From Neoconidiobolus thromboides FSU 785 (lineage: Eukaryota > Fungi > Entomophthoromycota): a stretch of DNA of 64,000 bases. The DNA lies in contig MU626259.1 of the NCBI GenBank assembly GCA_025603075.1, forward strand, positions 248,001 through 312,000. The letters run 5' to 3'. The notes beneath the pieces are model-generated. The model saw nothing but the letters and a program-made list of their open reading frames with translations. It was not told where the DNA came from and made no database searches. This document shows positions 1 to 11,497 of this stretch, one piece after another. The position numbers and the translations under genes were made by a program. How positions within the stretch are numbered: the first letter of the stretch is position 1; each line of letters opens with the position of its first letter.

Positions 1-983
1 TATCTTCTGGATTTTGAAACTTTTCTTCTGTAATTCTTTCTTTCTAATGAACAATAGTTTGTATTTATTAAAAATTATTATAATAACTAGTATTGATTTT
101 CTTTACTTACCATAATAACAAACAAGGTAGGACAGTTAGCTATTATAACAAAATAATCCTCCGTATACTTAGAATACTCCGAGATATAAAGATAATTAAA
201 ATCTATAAATTTTTAACATTAAACTATAGAAAAATAAAATTAAAACAAAATCTTATTACCCATAGAAAACATCATCTCTTTCAATAAACTTCGATAACTC
301 TCTACATTTTCCCAATATTTTTTTAATAACCAATGAGGCTTTATAGTATTATATTCCGTTATCATATCTATCTAAAAAAATAGGTTGATTAATAATTGTT
401 TTAATATTTGATTTTTAATATTACTTACAATAACAATTAAATCCATTTTGTTCAATCTCGCAATACATCTCTCATCCCCAACAAATAAAAACTCCATCAT
501 ACTTAGCAGTCTATTTACAGCGTCTTCTAAATCCAATTCCAAGTCCATTGTGTTCTCAAAACTCTGTATCATTTCAAAACATCTTCCCGCCAACCATTTT
601 GCCTCTTGATAGCCTAACTGTGATAAACTCAAACTCGGTATAAAATAATATAAAAATCTTGAACAGCCAATAAATAATTCCTTTTCCTCAATATCCATCA
701 GTTTAATGACTTTTTTGATAAGTACCAGGACAGATTCCCGTGTAGGTGGAGTTGAGATTTCATGTTTGGATAATTTTTTTTGATTACAAAAATTTTGTAG
801 TTCCGCTGTTAAGGATCCAAGACTGTAATGATATGTTGGTAAGGTCTCTAATATTGACTGAATAATGTAATAACAATCCATTATTGAATCTAGAATTTCA
901 ATTAGAAAAGTGAAATAGCATATAATTTTTGACTTTTTTTTTGAAAATTTTATTTGCTTAATTTCTAGCTGGAATTTTTTCAT
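1..983 (-). CDS. Multi-exon protein of unknown function, running off the left window edge
   Basis: The 203-aa ORF (likely ATG at 881, MDCYYIIQ) splices at GTAAGT (~428) to further in-frame exons (IDMITEYNTIKPHWLLKKYWEN..., DFNYLYISEYSKYTEDYF..., KERITEEKFQ...) bounded by GT/AG. No family recognised. Confidence 0.65.
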
Positions 984-1495
984 GATTTTTCAGACGGAGC
1001 TTCCAAGGAATTGATAGAATTCTGATAATCCAAATGAACCATAATAATATTCAAGTAATTATATTAATAGAAATAATAAAGTATTATTATAATTATTATC
1101 TTAATTAGCGACAATAAGTGAATTAATTACGTCGATATTTGGATTTATAAGTAGAAATTAGTGTATAAATTAAATGACTAACCGATTCAATTGTAACGTC
1201 ATAATTTGAAACATTAACTCAAGTGTTCACATTATTTAAAATTTATACCCAATTTTATTCTTATCAATTAAAATAAGTTGATATCATTTGCATAAATTGT
1301 AAAAGATAAGGTTAAATCAAATTGACTCTACTTATCAATTACACATATGATTAAAAAATTTACTAAATTTAACCATCACTCAACCACACTAAATATTAAT
1401 ATTACATAAAAACACATAAAAACACATAATAATTTCAATTCCATTTTTTTTCTTTAAAACAAATTATTTTTCAAAAAGTGAGAAATATAAAAAAC

Positions 1496-4400
1496 ATGAA
1501 TAATCAACGAAAAGAAGACCAATTGCACAGTGGAACTAGTTCGATCTCAATCCTAAACCCAAATACAGCTCACGTTACTGCCCCAGCTAATGAATATTAT
1601 TCAAGAGCTAACAATTCACCTACTATTGCAAGAAACCGTACATTATCTATGGTAAGTTGATGTCTTTCGATTTTATTTTACTTTATCTCTTTAAGGCTGA
1701 TAAAAATTGTTAAAAAGTAATTGAATACTTGAATTAATCTTGATTTTTTGATTCTAGTCCAATAGCTACACTTCATTATCACGTCCTGGCTTTCACAATG
1801 ATTATACTGAAAATAAATTTCGTCGTCAAAGGAGAGGTTCTATTGGTATTATTTTAATTCTATTTTATTTAAAAATAGTTTTATTTACTAATATTTTTAC
1901 TTATTTTAGATGATAAAACATTAAAACCCATGAAATTTTTACTAGATGTAGAAGAAACGAGTCGGTTAATTTTAGCACAAGAAGATACAGATGGAGATTT
2001 TCAAATTACAATTAATGATAGCGGACCTAAAGTCTTAAAGGTAGGAACGGCTAATTCTGGTGGGTTTAAAAAATATGATATCCGTGGAACTTATATGTTA
2101 TCAAATTTATTACAAGAATTAGCTTTGGCTAGAGATTTGGGAAGAAAACATATTGTATTAGATGAAGCAAGATTAAATGAAAATCCAGTAGATCGATTAA
2201 ATAGAATGATTAAATTTAATTTTTGGGATGGATTAACGCGTGCTATTGATGAAAAAACGTTAGAAGTAATTTGTAATGATCCTAAAGATCGTAGTAAAAA
2301 TCCAATACCAAGAGTTTATGTACCTTATGATGATATTGATGCGTTTAATTATTATTCCAAGATTGCTAATAAGAAACCAGAATTAAATTTATTAGTTGAA
2401 AAATTACCTAAAGATATTACACCTACTTATGTTAAAAGCATTAATCATCAACCTGGTATATTAAGCTTAGGATTACGTAAAATTAAAAATTCCATTACTG
2501 GAGAAGATGAATATAAAGGAATACCATTTGTTGTTCCTGGTGGTCGGTTTAATGAAATGTATGGATGGGATTCTTATTTCGAGTCTTTAGGTTTAATAAT
2601 TGATGGTAAATATGAGCTAGCTAAAGATATGGTAGATAATTTTGTTTATCAAATAAGACATTATGGAAAAATATTAAATGCAAATCGAAGTTATTATTTA
2701 ACTAGATCTCAACCTCCATTTTTAACTGATATGGCATTAAGGGTTTATGAATGTTTAGACAAAACTAATCCAGAGAGTAAAAAATGGTTAGCAACTGTAA
2801 TGAGAGCTGCAATTAAAGAATATTATACTGTTTGGATGAGTTCACCTAGATTTGATCCAAAATCAGGTTTATCTAGATTCTATCCAACTGGTATTGGAAT
2901 GCCACCAGAAACAGAATCTACTCATTTTAATCATTTAATGGAACCTTTTGCAAAACAATTAAATATGGAAGTTGAAGAATATAAAATATTATATGATAAT
3001 GGTACAATTAAATGTCCTAAATTAGATCATTATTTTATACATGATAGAGCAGTAAGAGAATCAGGTCATGATACTACTTATCGATTAGAAAAGAAATGTG
3101 CCGATATTGCTACGATTGATTTAAACTGTCTGCTATATAAATATGAAATTGATATTGAGAAAACAATTAGAGAAATATTTGAAAATCATTTACCAATGCA
3201 TTCTGAAGATGGCTTAGAATTTGATAACATGATTGCTGTAGAAACAAGTGAAGCTTGGAAAGAAAGAGCAGAATATCGTCATTATTTAATAGATAAATAT
3301 TGCTGGAATGAAGAAAAAGGCATGTATTTTGATTATAATACAGAAAGAGAACAGCAATCTGTTTATGAATCAGTTACTGCTTTATGGACACTTTGGGCTG
3401 GCTGTATTGATGAAGATAAAGCTGAAGTGTTAATTGAAACTTGTTTAAATAAATTTGAGGTAACTGGTGGTTTAGTTTGTGGTACAGAAGAATCTAGAGG
3501 TATGATTTCATTGGAACGTCCAAATCGTCAATGGGATTATCCTTTTGGTTGGGCCCCTCATCAGATTATGGCTTGGCAAGGTTTAGAAAACTATGGTTAT
3601 TCAGATATTGCTAAAAGATTAGCTTATCGTTGGTTATATACGTAAGTATTGTTTATTTATTATTTTATCTTTTATACTTATATTAATTATATTATTATCA
3701 TTTATTATTAGTATTGTAAAATCATTTGTTGATTTTAATGGAGTAGTACCTGAAAAATTTGATATTGTTTCAATGACTCATCAAGTAAAAGTAGAATATG
3801 GTAATGTTGGTGTTGATTTTAAATTCGTACCAAGAGAAGGTTTTGGTTGGATGAATGCTTCTTTTCAAACTGGTTTAGAATATTTAAACTCTCATATGCG
3901 ACGTGCATTGGGTACTTTGACCCCACCAGATCAATTTTTTCATCATTTAAACAAAAGATTTGATTCCAATCTTTATCGTACTTTATCTCATTCTGCTAAA
4001 GTTATTCGTAATAATAGACCAACATCTACAACAAATGATAGTTTAAATGAAACTATATCAAATGAACCACAAGACACTTTAGCAACTTCACCTTATGTAA
4101 CTCCATATAATGGTTCATCATTAGCTAGTATTTCTGAAGCTTTTGGAGATTTGGAATTAAATGAAGATTATTCTAACAATAAAGAAACTTTCTTACCTGA
4201 TGAAAGTAATAGTTCTTTACCAAAAGCATCTCAATTAGTCAAAGTATTTGCAGAGATATCGCATATCTCATCCCCATCAAGAGAAACGTCTCCATTTAAT
4301 ACACCACGTATGAATGAATATGATAGATTAACTCAAATATCATTAGATGAAATACCAGAAGATATTGATGAAGAGCTTTGGTTAGAATTAAATGAGCCAT

Positions 4401-4672
4401 CTGAAATTGTTAATCCATCTTCATTGGTTAATAAAACACATGCAGTAGGTAGTCCAAGCAGTGAAAATAGTAGTGAGAATGGTATTTCTATTGGTAGTCT
4501 TAAAAGAAATAAATTGAATAGAAACAGTTCTAATCCATTAAGTGTGGAAACTAAATTTATTTCAGTTCAAGATGGAGAAGTTATTTGTTCACCTCAACCA
4601 ACGGATCCAATGACGTCTGAGTTTCATACTCATCATAGGCAACTTAGAAGAACTCCATCTCATAACCAGTAA
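1496..4672 (+). CDS. NTH1: Neutral (cytosolic) trehalase, GH37, 4 exons
   Basis: Joins ORFs 1478, 1930 and 3773 across three GT-AG introns. N-terminal RNRTLS and RRQRRGS PKA-type sites; Ca-binding [12 protein letters not shown]; catalytic motifs [62 protein letters not shown]. Confidence 0.97.
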
Positions 4673-5090
4673 ATGAAAGGAAGGTTTAAATGTTTGGAGA
4701 AATACTTGAATTGATTTTGAAGAATTATTGTATCAATAAAATGAAACAAAATCTTATTTTTTTAAATGAAACATTTATTGAGTGACTTTTTCTTGGTTTA
4801 ATATTGGTTTAAGAATTTGGTTAAATAGTAAAGTATATCATGCGTTTTTATTATATTGAGTAGTTTTTAAGTAATGTTAATCTTTTAAAATTGTTTAAAC
4901 TTGGAATTTTAAAAAAAGAATATTTTAAAGATTGAAATAAATGAAATCATAATAATAATAAAAAATAACTTGTTTTAATAAATAATACAGTAACATTTGT
5001 AACCTTTTCAAAACTTTCTATTATCCCCTCTCATTCATACAATCTTTATCGTATATTTCATTTTTTTCAGAGTCCTTTTATCCCATAAAC

Positions 5091-5618
5091 TTATTCTTCT
5101 CCCTCTTCATTTTTCTTTTAGTCTTTTTTCCATCATCATAAAAGCATCCATACCTGGATCTCCTTTTTCTTCTACTTTTAAATCTTCTGGTATTGACATT
5201 CCCCTTTCTTTTAACTGGTTGATATATTTTTTTTTCAATTCATTATAAGCATCTAAATCTTGTTGATAAACATCTAATACACTAAAAAGAAAAAGTCAAG
5301 CTTAGTTTTGATTTCTTTTAAAATATAGATAATTGAATGCAAATCAAAACTTACCATATGGCACAACCACTATTTTATAAATTGGGATAAGATGAATATA
5401 AACAGAATGATTAATAAATTCTCTTATATTAAGATTTATTTATAATATTCTTACCTCATACAACATAGTTCTGGTGGTGGTGGTTCTGGTTTTGAAGGTA
5501 ATTTTATTAAAGGCTCGAAATCTAGTTTAATAGCTTCTCTTAATAACATTCTACTTGAATGATAACTAACTTGTTGAATTTTTAATGTTCTATTTATTAA
5601 ATGTAACACTTGGCGCAT
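5091..5618 (-). CDS. Oxidoreductase-like domain protein (OXLD1 / Oxidored-like family), 3 exons, absent from the ORF track
   Basis: Spliced reading MRQVLHLINRTLK...PSKPEPPPPELCCMS|GCAIC|VLDVYQQDLDAY...DAFMMMEKRLKENEEGEE*. It matches the P-x-P-P-x-x-x-x-CC-x-SGC-x-x-CV-x-D-x-Y family motif. The N-terminus is basic and presequence-like. Contains a 15-nt micro-exon at 5355-5369. Confidence 0.85.
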
Positions 5619-5915
5619 GTTTTGTGAGTTTTTTCTAATGAGGATGTGATGTTTGGTTTAATAAAAAAGATAACCTTTTTTTTTGAGTTTTGATATTTAT
5701 GTAATTTTCGAAGTTTAAACACCAATGATTTTTAATCAAAAAATTACTAATCCAACAAAAAATCTTGCTTCTTTAAAACTTTTGTTCGTTTTCTAAACAA
5801 ATTTAAAATTTAAAAAAATTCAGTCAAATAACTGAAACAAAAACATTCTCAAAATCAACATTCAAAAATCAAAGAATTTATTAACAAAAACAACAAGAAA
5901 ATTAGAAATCAATTA

Positions 5916-6926
5916 TTAAACAACTGGATCATCCATAGTGTCATCAGTGGATAATTTAGGCATCTCATTATCATCCCTAGGATGTTCACCCGAATTAGGT
6001 CTTGTAGGAAAGTATTTAAATTTTACATTTAATATAGCAAATGCGCCAAAGAAGACTAAAAACAAACCAATGATAAATAAGATAGCTTTAGTACCTCTAT
6101 TAGCTCTTAGCTGATCTAATGCAGCACCAACAGTATATTTTCCAACATCAATGTCGTCCGAAGAAGCTTTAAACATCAGTATAGCTACCATTAAAAACAC
6201 ACCTGCTCGTCCCAAAAAACCAATATGACCCAAAGTCAATACAGTATACTTAATATAATTGGGGTACAGATGCACTTTTAAATCTTTATGAAAAGTAGTA
6301 GAAAAAGCAGGAATTAATTGAGTAATTGTGGCAATCAAAAAAGCAATACCAATAATAATAATACCTGCTCTACCATAAGGAGTTGTATTCCAACAATTTG
6401 GAAAGCAATTATCAGAGGTAGAAACTTCCTGGTTATTTTTATGATAAATATGTAATTTGACCATTACTTGAATAATGTAGCTTAAATAAGACAAATAAAC
6501 TGCTCCGGATACAAAGGGTGATAACCGATATTTAAAAAAGTTTTTTTTTCGACTAAATGTTTTATCGGAGCCTTGTCCTGTAGCTGCTTCCCAAAATCGC
6601 CATGTAGAATAAAATAATAAGCCCACACTCATTACAACCAGTAATGGGATACCAATTTGTTGTGCTCCTGCCAATAATATAAACACTGCTTGAGGTGATT
6701 CGTTCGATCCAGTACCTTCAGGCGTGGGCTCATCTAATGCAGAGGCACAACATAAACCTCCCAAAATAGAATAGATCACCCCTTTAGCTGTAAATCCAAT
6801 TCGACCTAATAATGTGACTATCCATCGATGTTTTCTTTTAGTACCTGAAGGCAATAAAAATCGTTTCTTTTTGCTCGCTTCTTCATTAGTATCAATAGTC
6901 ACTGTAGCAGTATCAGAATCTGGCAT
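5916..6926 (-). CDS. DUF1206-like multi-pass membrane protein
   Basis: Intronless 336-aa ORF. Repeated G-x-x-G-F-x-(A/G)-(K/R)-(G/A)-(V/G) helical units (LGRIGFTAKGVIYSILG; LGHIGFLGRAGVFLMVA), and YRLSPFVSGAVYLSY, resemble DUF1206 repeats. About 6 hydrophobic segments. Confidence 0.7.
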   Translation of the reverse strand: MPDSDTATVTIDTNEEASKKKRFLLPSGTKRKHRWIVTLLGRIGFTAKGVIYSILGGLCCASALDEPTPEGTGSNESPQAVFILLAGAQQIGIPLLVVMSVGLLFYSTWRFWEAATGQGSDKTFSRKKNFFKYRLSPFVSGAVYLSYLSYIIQVMVKLHIYHKNNQEVSTSDNCFPNCWNTTPYGRAGIIIIGIAFLIATITQLIPAFSTTFHKDLKVHLYPNYIKYTVLTLGHIGFLGRAGVFLMVAILMFKASSDDIDVGKYTVGAALDQLRANRGTKAILFIIGLFLVFFGAFAILNVKFKYFPTRPNSGEHPRDDNEMPKLSTDDTMDDPVV

Positions 6927-7347
6927 TATTAATATTTATTCAAAATTAAATGTATAATTTAATAATCAAAACTGATTATATTGACTGTTATTTTATATTA
7001 AAATCAATGTTTGGTTATTTTTTATTTAGTAAATGACTCCACAATTACTTCATTTTTATTTGATTTTTAAGGTTAAAAGGGTCTTTTTTAAAAATGATTT
7101 CACTGTTTGCTCACTATTTTTCATGCAAGATCAGCATTATGGGGAGCAAGAATTACTTAATTTAGTAGCTTAGTGGAATTTCAAAAGATTTTAAGTTTAG
7201 CTTTAATTTGATAATTGAAGCTAAAATCAAGTTAATTTAAATTGATTAATATATAAAGTAAAACATCATTTTGGCATCATTTGAAGATATAAACTTATAA
7301 AAGGAAACGATTCGGCTATTTTAGCTTTTGATAGTTTCTTTATAAAA

Positions 7348-8676
7348 ATGGTGCATCTAAAAGATATTCAAACTTATATATTTTTATTTGTTAATCCATT
7401 AAGTGGAGATCAAAAAGGGGAAGAGTTAACAGAGTTAAAAATTCAACACTTTCGATTAAAAGAAGACCAAAGTGTTCAAGTCCAAATTTATAGTATTATT
7501 AAAGAAGATTGTAAACAAGAAGGGATTGATTATTTAAAACAACTATTAAAAGTTCGAAAAGAAGGAGATCACAATTTTGTAGTACAAGTTTGGAGTGGTG
7601 GAGGTGATGGTACTATTATTGGTATTGTGGAAGATTTGTGTAAGAATGAAATCGATTTAAATCAATTAGTATTCTCTTGTTTACCATTTGGTACCGGTAA
7701 TGATTTTTCACAAGCTTTAGGATGGGGTAAAACAATCGAAGAAGATAATCTAGTGGGTAGTGATTTAAGTAGTTTAAGTGATTTGATATTGGAAAGAGTA
7801 AGGGAAGATAGTAGTAATCAAATTACCCTAGATTTATGGAATACGGAAGTTAAAGTGGCTGAAGGAGGTTATATTGAAAAAGTAGTCAAGAGTGGCAAAG
7901 AAAGTGAGAAGATGCAACAATTCGATCGTAATTTTGTAGTTTATTTTGCTTTAGGTGTTCAAGGGTTTGTTGGTTCTGGATTCGAAAAGAATCGTAAGAA
8001 ATCTCGCTTTTACAACTTTTTTGTTTATTTTTTTGAATCTTTAAAATGGGTTGCATTCAGGAAATTTCCATCTATCACTAACATCTTAAAATCAATCACT
8101 ATTAATGATAAAGAAGTACTTGTCTGTGAAGACAATAAGAATAATACACCTGTACTAAAGAAGGATATGATTGAAATTATTATACAAAACATACCAAGAG
8201 TTTGGTCTATGGATATTGATCTTTGGAAAGATGCTGAAAATAGTAAAGATAAGGCTAGAGTAATTCAAAATCCAAGTGGTCCAGTTGATTCTAATAATTG
8301 GAGTAATCAAACTTGTAGTGATAATAAAATTGAAGTGATGGCAATTCGATCTATGAGACATTATATCAAATTAGTAAGTAACAAAAGTAAAGAAAAAGTA
8401 ATGCGGCTTGGTCAATTTGAAAATGAAGTAGTATTTAACTTTCATGATCCTTGTGATGCTAAGATGCCTGAAAGAAACTCATTTCGTAAATTCTTTAGGA
8501 AAGATGTGTTTTCAAAAGAGGAATGGTTGACTTACTGTATGATTGATGGCGAGTTTTATAAGTTATTTAAACCACTTGAAATTAAATTCAAACCTTTTAT
8601 TAAGTTAAACATTATTGGATCAACTTACGAAAAATCAAGAGTTGTTAGGGATGGATTGAATAAGAGTAAACGTTAA
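7348..8676 (+). CDS. ATP-dependent diacylglycerol kinase (DAGK catalytic + accessory domains only)
   Basis: Motifs FVNPLSG, GGGDGT, LPFGTGNDFSQALGWG, YFALG, IIIQNIP, IEV and terminal DGE. No C1 or EF-hand domain. Intronless. Confidence 0.88.
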   Translation: MVHLKDIQTYIFLFVNPLSGDQKGEELTELKIQHFRLKEDQSVQVQIYSIIKEDCKQEGIDYLKQLLKVRKEGDHNFVVQVWSGGGDGTIIGIVEDLCKNEIDLNQLVFSCLPFGTGNDFSQALGWGKTIEEDNLVGSDLSSLSDLILERVREDSSNQITLDLWNTEVKVAEGGYIEKVVKSGKESEKMQQFDRNFVVYFALGVQGFVGSGFEKNRKKSRFYNFFVYFFESLKWVAFRKFPSITNILKSITINDKEVLVCEDNKNNTPVLKKDMIEIIIQNIPRVWSMDIDLWKDAENSKDKARVIQNPSGPVDSNNWSNQTCSDNKIEVMAIRSMRHYIKLVSNKSKEKVMRLGQFENEVVFNFHDPCDAKMPERNSFRKFFRKDVFSKEEWLTYCMIDGEFYKLFKPLEIKFKPFIKLNIIGSTYEKSRVVRDGLNKSKR

Positions 8677-8980
8677 TTGTTGGTTGTTGATTTGTTATAT
8701 ATCTTATACATGAATTCTATGTATATGTTATGATTATGCTATTTTATAAAGATTAATTAAATAAATATATATTGCTTTTTTTTTGAATATTGTTATAATT
8801 TATTTTTGGTTTATTTTAACTTATTTAAATATAATGAATGATAAGAAAAGAACTTGATAATGTTTATATAATGTTTTATTAAATAATGTTTATTTATATT
8901 ATATCAGAATAATAATCTATAGATTAAGTTGTTAAATTAAATAGTATAATGAGTATTGAGTATAAATTGAAAATGAAAAT

Positions 8981-11497
8981 TTAGTTTTTAAATTCTTTAG
9001 ATAAAAATTGATTAATAGAGATATCTGTAGCTTTACGAATAGGTGGTAATACTGGTATTGGTTCTAATAGTTGATTTTTATGACTCTTATCATTACTACT
9101 TCCTGATTCTTTATTCGATGTCCCAGTAGTAGTGGATGTTGTTGTATTATTTGAAGTATTATATTTATCACCAATAATATTATCAAAGCCTTCTAGTAAT
9201 AGTTGAGAACTTAAAGAAGTACCAATTCCTTTTTTCATTCCTTTCTTTTTCATTCTGTACTTTTTGACACTTCCTTCTTTAATACTATTCTTTTTCTTAT
9301 GAGTTCCATTGTTTAATTCCATTTTCTTTTTAATACTTTTTAAATGTCTTCTTCTATACGGTATAAAATCCTTTAATTCATTTTCATAATTAATGGCTAC
9401 TGGTTTAACATTCCCTACACTTAATGAAATTGTTTCTTTACTTACTCCAATATCCCTTCTCCCCTCTTTTTGTGTCTCAGTATCATGAACTTTAATTGAA
9501 GGTAATTTATCCATAGTAACACCTTCTTTACTAATTTTTTGATTTAATACTGCTTTTTCTGGTGGAATAAATTGAACTACTACATCACCTTGACATCTAT
9601 CTTTTGGAGAAACAGATTTAGTTAAATAAGAATGAGCTGTTTGAGGAGAAGAATTAGGTAATGAAGCTTTATCTTCGGATAAATTAGTAGTAATATTAGT
9701 ATTTAAATAATGAGAGTGATTTAAATTTTTAAAATCAGTAACTTGACTGGATGGACTGGTATTTTTAGTATCAAATTTGGACTGTAGGTTACTACTATTA
9801 TTAGAAATGTTAAATATACTTCCTTTGGATTTATAATTCACTGGAACTGAATTACTAGTGGTTGTTCGCTGATCACTTTTATTACTTTTATTACTGGAAT
9901 TCGTACTATTACTGGGTCGACTAGTCATAGATTGACTTTCAATAAATTTAGTAAAATAAGGGAATTTATTAAATTGAAATTGATGAATTGTAGTTGGTTG
10001 CAATTGTTGTGATGGTGCTGAATAATGAGTATGATGTGTAGTTGCAGCGCTATTATTCATTGTATTCGTTGTTGTTGTAGGTAATATCATTGTGCCATGA
10101 TCTAAAGTAGATAAATGTAATGATTTTTTAATATCATTAGATTTTAATATGGGATCAGAGTTTGTTATAGATAATTTTAATTCATGTTGACTTGTTGTAT
10201 CACACCAGATAGGCTGAGTTAATACTGAAACTGGTTTAAAAAATGAATATTTAGAAGAATTATTACTTCCTGGATCATCACTAATTAATCTCTCTCGATT
10301 TAAATATTTATGTAATTTATATAATATCAAGGCTAATAATAATAAAAATAACAATATCCCCAACATTAGACAGAAGCCTATAATTACTTTTAAAGTATTA
10401 CTGATATCAGAATGTTTAAGCGGAACTGTATTATAAATATATTCTTTTGTTAATTTCAATTGATTTAAATTTACTAGATTAGTAATTGAATAATTGAAGG
10501 AAGTAAATTGATTTTGACCAAAAGAGTATAATAAATAATTATTAAATAGTACAGCACAACCTCTAAAAGAACCAATAAAATCTTCCATAATTAAAGATTC
10601 ATATTCAAATGTCATCAAATTTAATATTAATATTTCTTTAGAATATTCAATATCTTTTAAATTAGTGCCGTTAATTCCAGTACTTCCACCTACAATTAAA
10701 ATAGTACTATTATCGTAAACTAAGCTACGATGACCATATCGAATAGTGGGTATTTTACCTGATAACGTTACATTATACCATAATTTATTATTTAAATCAT
10801 AAACACGCACATTATCCCAGGGATAAGGTATTAACGTAATTGGATTAATACCACCAATAACATACATTTTATTATCAATTATATTCGATGTATGTAAAAA
10901 AGAAGGTAAACCTGGCATCATATTGTCAACCATCCATTCTTTATCATTATATTTATAGACGTTCGGATTGGAATAAATTGTGTTGTTAGAATATTGAGTC
11001 ATACCGCCATATAACAAATAATCATTGGAAGCTGTAGTTACTAAAGTACCATATGCCAAAGAATGATTTAATATGGGCAAATCAATATCATTATTATTTA
11101 TATCATTATTATTAATTATTGTAGTAAAATTATTTGTTTTTGTATCAAATACTTTAAATTGATTATTTGTGGATTGATTTAAACCACCTAATAAATAAAT
11201 AAAATCTTCATTGACAGTAGATTGAGGATATAATATTGGTTCTGCAGTAATAAAATTAGATTGTATTTGTTTCCATGGAGCTTTGTTTAATAAAGTCAAA
11301 TTAAAAGATTCATTTAAATCTAAATATCTTATAGCTATACTTTGAGAAGAATGTTCCCCTTCTCCTAAAGTCATATCTTTTCCACCTAAATAATATAATC
11401 GAGAACCTATCAAATTACACTCACCTCCATAAATATTGGTGTTAATGATATCGCTAGCTAAAAGACAATGATAAAATAATAAAAAATAAAAAATCAT
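8981..11497 (-). CDS. Kelch-repeat type I membrane protein
   Basis: N-terminal signal peptide, several GG-containing kelch repeats (LYYLGG, IYLLGG, YLLYGG, MYVIGG, ILIVGG), one TM helix (VIIGFCLMLGILLFLLLLALILY) and a long S/T/N-rich low-complexity cytoplasmic tail. Confidence 0.8.
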   Translation of the reverse strand: MIFYFLLFYHCLLASDIINTNIYGGECNLIGSRLYYLGGKDMTLGEGEHSSQSIAIRYLDLNESFNLTLLNKAPWKQIQSNFITAEPILYPQSTVNEDFIYLLGGLNQSTNNQFKVFDTKTNNFTTIINNNDINNNDIDLPILNHSLAYGTLVTTASNDYLLYGGMTQYSNNTIYSNPNVYKYNDKEWMVDNMMPGLPSFLHTSNIIDNKMYVIGGINPITLIPYPWDNVRVYDLNNKLWYNVTLSGKIPTIRYGHRSLVYDNSTILIVGGSTGINGTNLKDIEYSKEILILNLMTFEYESLIMEDFIGSFRGCAVLFNNYLLYSFGQNQFTSFNYSITNLVNLNQLKLTKEYIYNTVPLKHSDISNTLKVIIGFCLMLGILLFLLLLALILYKLHKYLNRERLISDDPGSNNSSKYSFFKPVSVLTQPIWCDTTSQHELKLSITNSDPILKSNDIKKSLHLSTLDHGTMILPTTTTNTMNNSAATTHHTHYSAPSQQLQPTTIHQFQFNKFPYFTKFIESQSMTSRPSNSTNSSNKSNKSDQRTTTSNSVPVNYKSKGSIFNISNNSSNLQSKFDTKNTSPSSQVTDFKNLNHSHYLNTNITTNLSEDKASLPNSSPQTAHSYLTKSVSPKDRCQGDVVVQFIPPEKAVLNQKISKEGVTMDKLPSIKVHDTETQKEGRRDIGVSKETISLSVGNVKPVAINYENELKDFIPYRRRHLKSIKKKMELNNGTHKKKNSIKEGSVKKYRMKKKGMKKGIGTSLSSQLLLEGFDNIIGDKYNTSNNTTTSTTTGTSNKESGSSNDKSHKNQLLEPIPVLPPIRKATDISINQFLSKEFKN

